The translations under genes were made by a program, and so were the position numbers. From assembly GCA_028534125.1 (NCBI GenBank), contig CM052816.1, positions 77,378,001 to 77,442,000 of the forward strand: a stretch of 64,000 nucleotides of DNA, written 5' to 3'. The stretch comes from Lama glama. Lineage: Eukaryota. Below the pieces are notes generated by a model. That model saw only the letters and a list, made by a program, of their open reading frames with translations. It was not told the DNA's origin and ran no database searches. Position 1 is the stretch's first letter; every line of letters starts with the position of its first letter. This document shows positions 13,496-24,647 of this stretch, piece after piece.

Positions 13496-13946
13496 GTAAA
13501 GGTCTCTGGCAAAGGTTGTCAGACAGTGAGGAGTGCATTGGAAGGATGTTATATGACATGGGGAGATGGTCTGTTTCATTTGTATTATAAGCAAGATATA
13601 AAACAAAATGTGCTGTATAGAATTGAATATGCTATAAATGCTGCAATTTAAATGCATATAGACTTGATACGTTGTTTTTGAAAAAACCTAGAAGGAAAAG
13701 ACCTCAAATATGAACAGAGACTATTTCTGGGTCATGGGTTTATGTCTGATTATTTTCTTCTATTTTCTATATTGTTTATATTTTCTTCCCTGAGTATGTG
13801 ATATATCTATAATTAGAAATGGAAACTTCTTTAAAGAGTAATTATTAGAAATTTACCAATTCATTTTTTCCTGCAATATATCTCTTGCATTAGCTCTTGC
13901 ATTGTGAAATTATTTTAACATTCCTTAATGCTCTCTTAATTCACAG

Positions 13947-14116
13947 TTTTTCAGGAAAATGTGTTAGATATAAAAGAGCTGAAGTGCCCACAAATGAAAG
14001 CTATCAGTTATTCTTTCAAATGCTTTCAAATCAAGAAATATACAATTTTACATTGAATGCTCGTAATCCCTTGGGTCAATCAGAATCAACACTTTTAGTT
14101 AATGTAACTGAAAAAG
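13947..14116 (+). CDS. LIFR: LIFR exon 9 equivalent, 170 nt
   Basis: tcacag|T...AAAG|gtaagc; FSGKCVRYKRAEVPTNESYQLFFQMLSNQEIYNFTLNARNPLGQSESTLLVNVTEK. Confidence 0.97.
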
Positions 14117-14397
14117 GTAAGCTACTGCATAAACCAATGTCTTAAAAATAACTTTAGAGGTGGTAAAATGTCTTGAGAGTAATGAAAAGTGCCTCTAGGG
14201 ATTACTTTTTGCTGATTATTTTCTTTATAGTTACTTAATATTAATTTTGTAAATTTTATTGAAAAATATTTAAAATTTGTAATTTCAAGTCACTGTTTTA
14301 TTGAACAAATAAAAATTTGAATTGTTTCCACAGAAACTGTAAGTGTCTTTATCTAATAGTTTTTGATTTCTCAAAATATTTTTTGCCCAATTTTTAA

Positions 14398-14965
14398 AAA
14401 CTTTTTTATTTTGAAATAATTTAGACTCAATAGTAGTTGAAAAAATAATAAATTAGAGCCCTGTGACCCCTTTACCCGACTTTCCCAATAGTAACATCTT
14501 ATGTAACTGTAGTACAACATCCAGACTAAGCAGTTGACTGGTACAACACTGTGAACCAGGCTACTGAACGAGACCACTAACCTTGCTCAGTTTTTGCCAG
14601 TTTTTACATGCATTTAACTGTGTGTGTGTAGTTCTGTGCAGTTGGATCCATGTATAGATTCATGAAACCACCAGTACAATCAAGATCCAAAACTGTTCTG
14701 TTGCCCCAAAGGGACCGCCTCCTGCTTTCACTTCAGCAAAGCACACCCCTCTCCCCTTCCCCCAGGCACTCAAATCCCTGTCCCTGGATGACAGCTAATC
14801 TGTTCTTTGTCTCTGTTATTTTGTCATTTTGAGAATATTGTATGAATGGAGTCAAACACTGTATAACCTCTGGAGGTTGGCATTTTTACTAAGCATGGTG
14901 TCCTTGAGATCCATCCAAGCTGTTGTATGTAGCAATAAATAGTTTGTTCCTTTTTGCTGCTGCTC
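14398..14965 (-). mobile_element. L1MC-type 3' end, antisense
   Basis: aaacttttttattttgaaataatttagactc...tagtaacatcttatgtaact...ctaatctgttct...gagatccatccaagctgttg. Confidence 0.7.
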
Positions 14966-15922
14966 ATTTCTGAATTTTTACCAACCCTATTAATATATAG
15001 CTCAAAATAGAAGTAAAATATGGCCCATCTTTTTGGCATTCATTCCCATGGTCATTGCATGGGTATCAACTCCTTGCCAGGCTCTGCAACATGCACAGCA
15101 GTGGAGTAGAGGCCTTCTCCTAGAGACTCACAGTCGGGGAGAAAGGGCTTAAACTGGATGCATTATAGCACAGCCTCGCACGTGACTGGTAGATGCTCCT
15201 GTTGCCTTTTTGTTTTGTACACGTGGATCACTTTCATCAATTATTCCATCCTATCATCTCTTGTTTCTTAATTTTTCCTAAAACAGCTGCATTTTATACT
15301 TGAGTGGCAGTGTTTGCGTGTATTTGTCTGCCCTCTGCCATTTCACCCTTATCTTCCACATGATTCTTTCCCATCACTCGCATTGCTATGCGCACCATCA
15401 CCAGTGTAATGTGCAGTTTGCTTTCACTGTGCTTTTGCCAAGACCCCAACGTGAAATGCTCTTCTGCATCATTTTGCCAATTTCAGTCTAATTCTAGCCT
15501 TCAAAGCTCATCTTCATTCCCATCTTTGCTGTAAGACTTTCCCTGCCACACTTACATCTAAATTCCTGTAGCAGCTAGTATCTGTACTACATATTTAGGA
15601 CCTAATGTATACACTGCAGTTGATTTTCTTTATTTTTGTTGGTCATTCTTCCAAGTAAATTATGGATTCCTTAATGGTAGAGACTATGATATGACTAAGT
15701 TTTATTATTTATGATGCCAGCTCAGGAACTTCAAGTGTGGTTGGTGCTGAAAAAAAGTTGGCATGATGTTAGCAGTAACAGTGAGTTTTGTGTATTCCAC
15801 AAATACTGGGTAGAATATTGTTGATCAGTACTAATGACACTTCTGTTTTTTGTTTTCTATGATTCTCACTTGTCATATTAGAAAACAGCTTTCAAAGTAA
15901 TCTTTGAATATTGTATTTACAG

Positions 15923-16068
15923 TTCATCCCCATACTCCTACTTCAGTCAAAGTGAAGGATATTAATTCGACAGCTGTTACACTTTCCTGGCATTTACCAG
16001 GCAGCTTTGCAAAGATTAAGCTGTTATGTCAAATTGAAATTAATAAAACTAACTCAGTACATGAATTG
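15923..16068 (+). CDS. LIFR: LIFR exon 10 equivalent, 146 nt
   Basis: ttacag|TT...TTG|gtgagt; HPHTPTSVKVKDINSTAVTLSWHLPGSFAKIKLLCQIEINKTNSVHEL. Confidence 0.97.
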
Positions 16069-17295
16069 GTGAGTAAGATTCTTCTATAAACTTCCTTTGA
16101 GGTTACTTTGGATAAAATACTTAGTTTTTAAGAAGAATTAAGTAAATTGTCACACATAAGCTCTCAGATTATTTATTATAGAGATTTACTAAGAGCCAAG
16201 ACATTATATAGCAATGTCGTAATAGCATTATACTTAGCACTTAAAAACAATTATAATGTTATATATTATGGAACATAAGTTTGACTTTTACTACTCAGAA
16301 TGTTTTCAAGTCTAGTATAGTACCTGGCATGTAACTGTTGCTCAATAAATTTGTGAATGAATGAGTAGTTTTGGCTGTAACCTTTGGCGTTAGTTAATGG
16401 ACTAATCGGCACCAGAGAGAAAATGTGATTTTTTAAAACTGTTAAGTGCAGCAATAGGAGCAAGTTATAATTGGTCATTATAAGTCGAAACATGACTTTT
16501 TAATACATTTTAAATACTTAGGCTGACTTTTATACTGTACCATCTCGTAACTTGTGGTAAGTCCAAAATAGATGATGTTGTGCTTAAATAGCCTTTCAGA
16601 AACTTACTGATGATTTCTAGAAAATCAGTCAGACTGCAAAATGTACAAAGCTCCTAGTTATAAGTAATTGGGAACTCAGAGACTTTCTTGAGGCATGCAG
16701 ATCCTCAAATTTGTTTAGAAATACTTCATCTTGATTTTATTTAGTTTAAGTACTTGTTAAATATTCTACATGTTTAGCACCACACTAGAGCTTCTAAGTG
16801 CCATATAAAAAAAGATGCAGAAGATGATGCTTGCCTCCAGTAAGCTTTCAAGTGTCATCTGAATAATATGCTCAATCCTCACGGTTGTCTTTGAGTACCA
16901 AACACCAAGCTTATTGCATCACTACTGGCCGCTGGCTGGTTGTCACAGTTATCCTTTCTGCATAATTTAATTGACCATTATTACTTAGATCCAACATTTG
17001 AATTAAAAAGATACCTTACTTTTATTTATTGTTATTGCAGAACGGAATTTCACTGGTTTGACATTTATATAAGAATTAAAATATAGTGGATAAACTATCT
17101 TTAGTCTTACAGAGGTAAATGCTCATGACATTCAGTCAACTTGTTACAAATTTGGGAGACTTTCTTATTAAAAAAAAGTATATGTGTATGTGTATGTATT
17201 CATATATGTCCTATACATTATATAATATATATTACGTATTACATATATACATTATGTATGTAATATGTTTTAAATTTTTGTTTGTTTTCTCATAG

Positions 17296-17458
17296 AGGAA
17301 TATCACAATGAAAGGGGTAGAAAATTCAAGTTATCTCATTGCTGTGGACAAGTTAAATCCATATACAATATATATTTTTCGGATTCGTTGTTCTACTAAA
17401 CCTTTCTGGAAATGGAGCAAATGGAGCAATGAAAAACAATATTTAACCACAGAAGCCA
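17296..17458 (+). CDS. LIFR: LIFR exon 11 equivalent, 163 nt, second WSXWS motif (WSKWS)
   Basis: catag|AGG...GCCA|gtaagt; RNITMKGVENSSYLIAVDKLNPYTIYIFRIRCSTKPFWKWSKWSNEKQYLTTEA. Confidence 0.98.
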
Positions 17459-18283
17459 GTAAGTTGACTAAATGATTTGTGGCTTAATTATTACTATGGA
17501 TCCTGAACTTTATGACTTTTTTTTAAAGAAAATGTCACCAAAGTGACTAAAAGTAGGAGAATGTTTAGATAAATTGTATAATTGTGTAATACCTTCTGGT
17601 TAAATAGACAGACATTTTAAATGATGGTTTTTAACTTTTTGTTATAATATGGGAAAATGCTTGGCATGTGTTACATGAAAAGACTAGGCTACTCTATTCA
17701 CAGTGTGATTGCTTCCATATTAAGAGGATACATACAAAACCAAACTTGAAGGATTATGGGGTGATTTTTTCTCACTCTTTCCTCCTCTTCTTGGAATTTT
17801 AATAATATATTTAGAATACCTCTTTATTGGAAACAATAATAAGGTTAATTTGATGGAATTTTATTTGCAAACTAGGCCTGAGAAATGGTTGGGACTACAA
17901 GGTCTTAAACTTTAGTTTCTGTGGTACACCCAGGTCACACTATCTATAAAATCAGATAACGGATTTTCTGAGTATGATAATTTCCAAAGACAGAATGAGA
18001 TCTATTCTTGATTAAACAGATGTCAGCTTTAAAACAAACATCAAAAAATTTAGAAATAGGTGTAATTTTTCAGGAAGCATTCAACAAAAGATTGCAAAAG
18101 CATTATTTATATTATATAATATAGGGAATATACAACTTCTTCCAAAAAATTTAACAGCAGTAGGACAAAAAAATGACAGATGTTAATCCAGATTTTCTCT
18201 CCACATGAAGACTAGAGAGATGAGAGGAGCTTTACAACACCTGTAAGAATTGTTTGGACCACGCTTGAGTCCAGGGAAGAGAG

Positions 18284-18778
18284 AGTATTAGTTATCTATT
18301 GCTATGACAAATTACCCCAAAAGTCAGTGGCTTAAAACAGCAAACATTTATTATCTCACAGTGTCTATTGGTCAGAAATTCAGGAGCAGCTTAGCTGAGT
18401 GGCTCTGGCTTAGAGTCTCTTACGAGGCTATAATCAGGATGTGGGTGGGGGCTACAGGCTTGACGAGGATTGGGGATTGGCTTTCAAGATGGTTCACTCA
18501 TGTGGCTGTTGGCAGGAAGCCTCAGCGCCTCACCATGTGGGCTTCCCCACTGGGCAGCTGAAGTGTCCTCAGCAGAACAGCCAGCAACTCCAAGGCTTAG
18601 TGCTCCTATCTCCACAGTGTCTTTTATAGCCTAGCCTCAGAAGAAACGTACATCTCAGCTGCCGTATGCTGCTGGTCACACAGGCCAACCCTGATACAGT
18701 GTGGAAGGGACCGCACAAGGGCAGGAACATCAGGAGGTGTGGCCAGTATCTTGGTCATTTTGGAGACTGGCTGTCAGA
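18284..18778 (-). mobile_element. MaLR LTR (MLT1 family)
   Basis: gtattagttatctattgctatgacaaattaccccaaaa...ggcttaaaacagcaaacatttattatctcacag...cttagctgagtggctctgg. Confidence 0.85.
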
Positions 18779-18849
18779 GCAGCTTTTGCCTTCAGTTGAT
18801 GAGCTGTTGTTGCCAAGAGGAAACATTTTATTTTGCCTCATTAAGATGA

Positions 18850-19360
18850 ACGCATTAATTCACTTAACAAATAGTTACTGAGAATCTACCATGTGTCAGG
18901 AATTGTTCTAGTTACCAGGGATATGGCGATGAATAAAACAGCAATCTCTGCCCATGGAGTTTATAGGATAGAGGATTAGAAATGAGTTTTTTTTTAAATA
19001 TATATATAATAGTCTATTGGGTAGCAGTGAGTAACACAGAAAAAAAAAAAAAAAACCCAGAGAGAGGACTAGGGAATGAAGGCCAGGTAGTTGGGAAGGG
19101 GGAATGCAGTTTTAAACTGGGTATCTGGAAAAGACCTCACTAATAAGGTAGATAGCACTTGATCTGAAGTATACAGGAGTGGGGAGGCAGCTACATGATT
19201 AATTCAGAGGAGGAGGAGAGTTCTAGGCAGAGGAAGAGAGGGCCCATAAAGTGCAGAAAGCCTGGGCGGGTGACCTTGGCGTATTTGAGGAACAGCCGGG
19301 AAGCCAGTGTGTGGCCAGAGCTGACCTGAGTAAAGGGAGGTGGGAGGTTATGAGACTTAG
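18850..19360 (-). mobile_element. L2 3' end
   Basis: cattaattcacttaacaaatagttactgagaatctaccatgtgtcagg...gttctaggcagaggaa. Confidence 0.65.
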
Positions 19361-19614
19361 AGGCACTGACGCATCTCGGAGGGCCTTGAGGGTGATTTTA
19401 ACCCACTGTCAGGGGCCTTGTGTTTTGCAGCCGTTCAGAGCTCAGCTTTTCCATTGCTTCCTTTTCTAAGTGGAAACCACTTGACTACTTCACATTTTTA
19501 TTGAGAATTCCAAAAACCTAGACAAAAATTTCAGATACTACCATCCTAATGATTGATATTGTCACCTGGCAAAGTATGTATCTTCAAATACTGACTTTTA
19601 AATCTCTTTCCTAG

Positions 19615-19685
19615 TTCCTTCAAAGGGACCAGATACTTGGAGAGAGTGGAGTTCTGATGGAAAGAATTTAATAATATATTGGAAG
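19615..19685 (+). CDS. LIFR: LIFR exon 12 equivalent, 71 nt
   Basis: cctag|TT...AAG|gtaaat; PSKGPDTWREWSSDGKNLIIYWK. Confidence 0.97.
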
Positions 19686-20559
19686 GTAAATATCTAATTT
19701 TTCCTTCAATAGTTAAGTAACTCACATATGGTACTTGGGTTACCAGGGAGCCAGGATTTCCCAGACTGGCTAAGTTTGCAGTATTGCTGAGAATGTAACC
19801 CGGCTTCTGAAACCCCCAGATTCCTCATCACTGCAGATGCACCACAGTCATTGTAGTGGGGGTCTTCTGTCTCAGATCTGAGCATTCTTTAGTTGATTTT
19901 ATAAGGCCTATAAAGGGCTGAGGGGTTCGTGAATTCCATCTCTCTCCCTTTAGTCAGAAATGCAGCCAGAAACTACAAGTTAGAATCCCAAATGTTCATG
20001 GTGCGTTTTTTTCATCCAGTGAATAGGAAACCAACTGTTTATTCATGTGTAATTTTTTCCCTTAAATAAATTGCATTATGACAATTATAAAGTTTTGTAT
20101 AGTTCTGTAAAATTTTAGATAAAATATGAATTGCATTGTTTTACTAGTTTTTTTTTCTTACGAGAGCAAACATTTTTGTCACTATAATTTTTATCTGATT
20201 TATGAACATTAAAAACACAGTTGTTTTCTACACTGGATTTCATAGGAGCAGTTATAGTTGGATTCTTTTAAATAGTGAATTTTGTTATTGAAAATAAAAC
20301 TGTTATTTTTTCAAAAATTTAGCCTCAGCATATCTTGGAGTAAAGTGAAGTCTGAGCAAGTTCTGTACACGTTCGTTGCTTTGAGCTTGTCTGTATATGA
20401 CTGTGCATCCCCTCTGCCTCTTGATTAGGAAATCCCCTGGCTACTCGCAGTTGTCTCTCAGATTTCACAATAATACAGTAGTGATTATACAAGTTACTTC
20501 AGTGTAGAGAAAATTTTAAATGTTCAAACTAGATGAATGTTTAAGCAAGGATTAAAAAT

Positions 20560-21060
20560 ATTGAAGCGATTTGGATTCTAATTTCAGTGACCAGTTGATC
20601 GTTCTGCCATATTTGAGTGGAAAATTAAGTTGTTTTGGACATGCTGAGTTTTTTAAACATGTGCCCCTGGGATATCCAAGTACAGTCCAGTAGGTGGTGG
20701 TTTAATGTAAGGCTCTGGAGCTTGGGAGAGGTCAGAGCTAAAGGCATAGCTTTGAGTAGCATGTAAAATGGGATCACTTGTGGGGAGCATGCAGGGTAGA
20801 AATAGGCCAAGGTGGAATCCTAGGTGATGGCAGCATATAAAGGACCAGAGAAAGAGGAGGATCCAACAGAGGAGATTGGGTAGGTCAGAGGGTCAGAAAG
20901 ACCAGAAGAAAGTAGTATTGTAGAAGCCAAGGAAGAGGGGGATATGTGAAGGAGTGAACAGTATCAAATGAAGCCCGCAGGTCTTTGGATGGTAATGTGT
21001 CCACTGGACCAGGCATCAGAAGGCCATTGGCGACCTCTGTTGGAGCAGTGTTTTCAGCAG
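20560..21060 (-). mobile_element. L2 fragment
   Basis: ttttggacatgctgagtttt...gggagaggtcagagct...gtagaagccaaggaagag. Confidence 0.6.
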
Positions 21061-21990
21061 AATGTTAATGTCAGTGTCAGCCTAGATCAGAGGGTTCCAT
21101 ACATTGCTGTACAAATTGGAGCAATTGTTTTGTAAAGCAGTTTAGCTATATAAATAAAGACGTTTAAATGTTTATTTCCTTTCCAGTAAGTCTACTTTTG
21201 GGAACCCATACTAAAGAATTAATCTTTGTCATGAAAAAAATATGGCACCAAAAGGTTTATTTTAGTATTGTGAAAAATCAGGAAAAACTTAAATTTCATT
21301 TATTTAAGGAATATTCAAGTAAACTGGTAAAAACGCTATGTGAAATATAAAGCCATTAAAGTGTATATGACTATATTATCATGGATGAGTGTACATTATA
21401 GAAAAGTGAAAAAAGATATAAAATTGTATAGTACAATTAAAACAATTTTAATAAAAAATCTCCATCTGGAAAAACAACTTGAAGGAAATATCAAAATATA
21501 AGAATATTTAAGAGATGGAAATAGAGGAGATATTTCTTGTTTTTTTCCAACTTTTGAATTTTTCCCAAATGTTCTGTAATGGGTAGATACCACTTTAAAA
21601 TGAGAAAACAGCAACTGTTTAAAAAACATGATGTCATACTTTTTAATATTTTATTTTTAAGTAGAGCAATGCTTCTCATCAGTTTCTTTTGGTTTGCTTC
21701 TGAAAAATGTGTTTCCATGTTGTTTCGTTACTGAATTTTTATATTTCCGTGTGCTCTTACTGCTTACAACAAATGTAGTTTTTCTTCAGCATCACTTTCC
21801 TGATCTATCCAGGTCTCAGTGGGTTTCACATCTATGTTTTGTGCTGTCGACAACTTCATTTTTTCTTGTTAGGATGCCTCGTTAGGACTAGTAGAGTGTC
21901 CAGTTTATTTGCACTCAATGGCCTTTCCTCATCACAATGTCACTTTTTGCAGGTATTTTTTAACAGAATTTATTTTTCTGTTTTTCATAG

Positions 21991-22204
21991 CCTTTATCCA
22001 TTAATGAAGCTAATGGAAAAATCCTTTCTTATAATGTATCATGTTCATCAGATGAGGAAACACAGTCCCTTTCTGAGATTCTTGATCCTCAACACAAGGC
22101 AGAAATACAGCTTGACAAAAATGACTACATCATCAGTGTGGTGGCAAAAAATTCTGTTGGCTCATCGCCACCTTCTAAAATAGCTAGTATGGAAATTCCA
22201 AACG
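21991..22204 (+). CDS. LIFR: LIFR exon 13 equivalent, 214 nt, FNIII
   Basis: catag|CCT...AACG|gtgagt; PLSINEANGKILSYNVSCSSDEETQSLSEILDPQHKAEIQLDKNDYIISVVAKNSVGSSPPSKIASMEIPN. Confidence 0.97.
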
Positions 22205-24467
22205 GTGAGTACTGAAGGTAAAAGTAGTACATGAAACACTTTGAAGGTGTTGCGTGCCCTCGCGTATGTCAGCTTTCTTCTCGTGTCCCTTGCCGCTGCT
22301 GATGGATAAGGAGGGACGGGCTGATTCATGTCCAGGACTCATGGAGGGGCCGCCGTCATTAGTACCGACTTGAAGCATCTACACTGATGGATAAAACAAT
22401 GACTAAACCCAGTTACTTGAACATCTAATGTCGTAGAGTCGTGGTGGTGAATATTACCCTCAGGAAGAAATATTCTATCAGTTTATTCAGATACCATGTT
22501 CATATATCTCCCCAGGACCATGAGGGTTGGTGCTTACATCAGCCAGGCTATTTTCAAACTGTCAGGCAAGAAAAAATACCCATTTTAAGTGGCAGCTTTG
22601 TTGATAAGACTTTCTTTATCAATAGGAATCCTTTATCGGTAAGAAATTCTTTTAAAGTCTAAATTAGATCTTCAACGTAAGCTTTAAAAAAAATTGTGAT
22701 GTAATTTTGAAATTCCTTAGTGCCCCCTTTACGTTTTATGAATTACCAGTGATTAGTCCATTCCTCCTTAGCTGCCCTGACAGCTTTGTGAGACCCGAGG
22801 TTTTAGTGGCCACTCCCACTTCTTCTCCCAGTTAACTCCTCTCCTGATTTATTCCCTGCTCCACCCTGCTGTCCTGCCCCAATATGGGGACACCTTTCTA
22901 CGACCTACCCACTCCTAGAGGAAAAAAAATTGGTCCAGTTTGGGTCATAAGTATCTTTTCAGCTTTTGCATGAGGCAGTGTCTCCCACCGTGTTCTGTAG
23001 TTGGTTCTTTGTTTCAGTCGGTCATTGGCACGTTAGAAGGAGGGATTGGGGCGCACAAGTACATTTCAGAGACCTACAACACAGGCCAGAGCCCAGGTGG
23101 CAGTGCACACTGGAGAGGAGAGGCCTGTAGGTGGTGGTCTGGAGGCAAAAAAAAGAAAAGAGGGAGAGGTGTGAACACCCTTAGCAGAATAACCTGCTGC
23201 CTTAGATTAGGTATTTTATGGCTCTTACAGCAACAGGCAGTAGCCATGTTACCTTTTAATTCAAGACCTATATTCCTGCCTTTTCCATGTGTCCTTCAAG
23301 AGGCAGTAATTTATAGACATAACAGTGGTCTGGTCATCAGCTTCCAGACAGTTGCTGAGACCAGAACAAACCATTGTTTCTTGAGGATTTCCCGAGTTGG
23401 AGGCCTTGCAGCCTCAGCCCAGGTTTCCATTGTGGTTTTTTAGTCACATTGAGCCAAGAAGCTGTCACACCCAAAGTCTTCTGTATTCTAAGCCAAATTG
23501 TTGTCTTGTGTCCAGTAGTAGTTGCTTATGAATGCAAATTTGTTCAGTAAGCCTTTCCATGGCTTTGTACTGAACCCTTAAATAGGCTTCAGTTATAGAA
23601 GTTACTTCTTCCTGCTGTTACTGTGGGAACTTTCCCCCAGCCCTTTGGCCACACTGTCCTAACGCCCACCAATTCCTCACCCCCAACCTTGGGCCTTCCT
23701 TATCACCTCGGCTGAGTTCTGGCAGGATGGGAAGACCAAACCTCACCCTGGCCCCCTCCTGCCAGCCCCTGTGACTCACCCCTCCTGGACCCCAGAGCAC
23801 TCCTCCCTCCCTGCCCATACCTGCCATCCATCCCATCCCACAGCGTGTCATCCCGCTGCATTTCAGTGGATCCCTCCTCTCCCTGCCCTGTCTCCAGAAT
23901 CCCATCAGCCCACCCGTGGGGTAGCAGTCTTCCTTGAGAGGCAGAGAGGGGCTGGCTCACCCACCCACTCACTGCGTGGCGTTGTGCTCCTGTTCTGCGC
24001 ATGCGGTCTGTGCCCAGGGCTGGGGCTGCAGGCACAGGGCCCCGTCTGCTCTCAAGGGAGGAGGGATTCTGATTGTCCACCCCATGCTCTTCACCTGCCT
24101 CCCGCCTGCCCTCCTCCTGCCCCTGCCGCCATGCCGCATCCCCTCTGGTACCCGAAGTCCCTCTCCCCCATCCCTCACGGCTGTTGGTCCTCGGGTCCCT
24201 GCCCTGCTACATCACTACCTGATCGTAGGTTATTTCTTATTGTTTGCTTTCTTTTTTCAGCTGCTGAGTTAATCTTTACATACAGGTTACTGTTAAAACA
24301 AAAGCGACAGAACAACAACTTCTAAACTTTGCTAAAGGTTTATCTAGTTTAGCACTGTTTTGAAATGTCTGTACAGCGAAGTAATTTTTGTAGTTCTTGC
24401 CCATTTTCCTGAGATTTACCTTAAAATATTATTTTTAACGCTGGTAAAATATCCTTCTTTCTTGAAG

Positions 24468-24647
24468 ATGATCTCAAAATAGAGCAGGCTGTTGGGATGG
24501 GAAATGGGATTCTCCTCACTTGGAATTACGACCCCAACATGACTTGCGACTATGTAATTAAATGGTGTAACTCATCTCGGTCTGAACCCTGCCTCATGGA
24601 CTGGAAAAAAGTGCCTTCAAATAGCACTGAAACTGTAATAGAATCTG
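24468..24647 (+). CDS. LIFR: LIFR exon 14 equivalent, 180 nt, FNIII
   Basis: cttgaag|AT...CTG|gtaagt; DLKIEQAVGMGNGILLTWNYDPNMTCDYVIKWCNSSRSEPCLMDWKKVPSNSTETVIES. Confidence 0.97.

Noticed and set aside
13947..13954. Second AG 8 nt inside LIFR exon 9
   Set aside because: Using it would shift the frame; the upstream AG gives the in-frame 170-nt exon.
17178..17268. TA-rich quasi-palindrome before LIFR exon 11
   Set aside because: Ordinary degenerate (TA/TG)n microsatellite; self-complementarity is expected from its composition.
21940..21960. tttttgcag|gtatt AG-GT junction resembling a recursive splice site
   Set aside because: The intron is only ~2.3 kb, the site is 39 nt from the real acceptor, and the donor half is weak.
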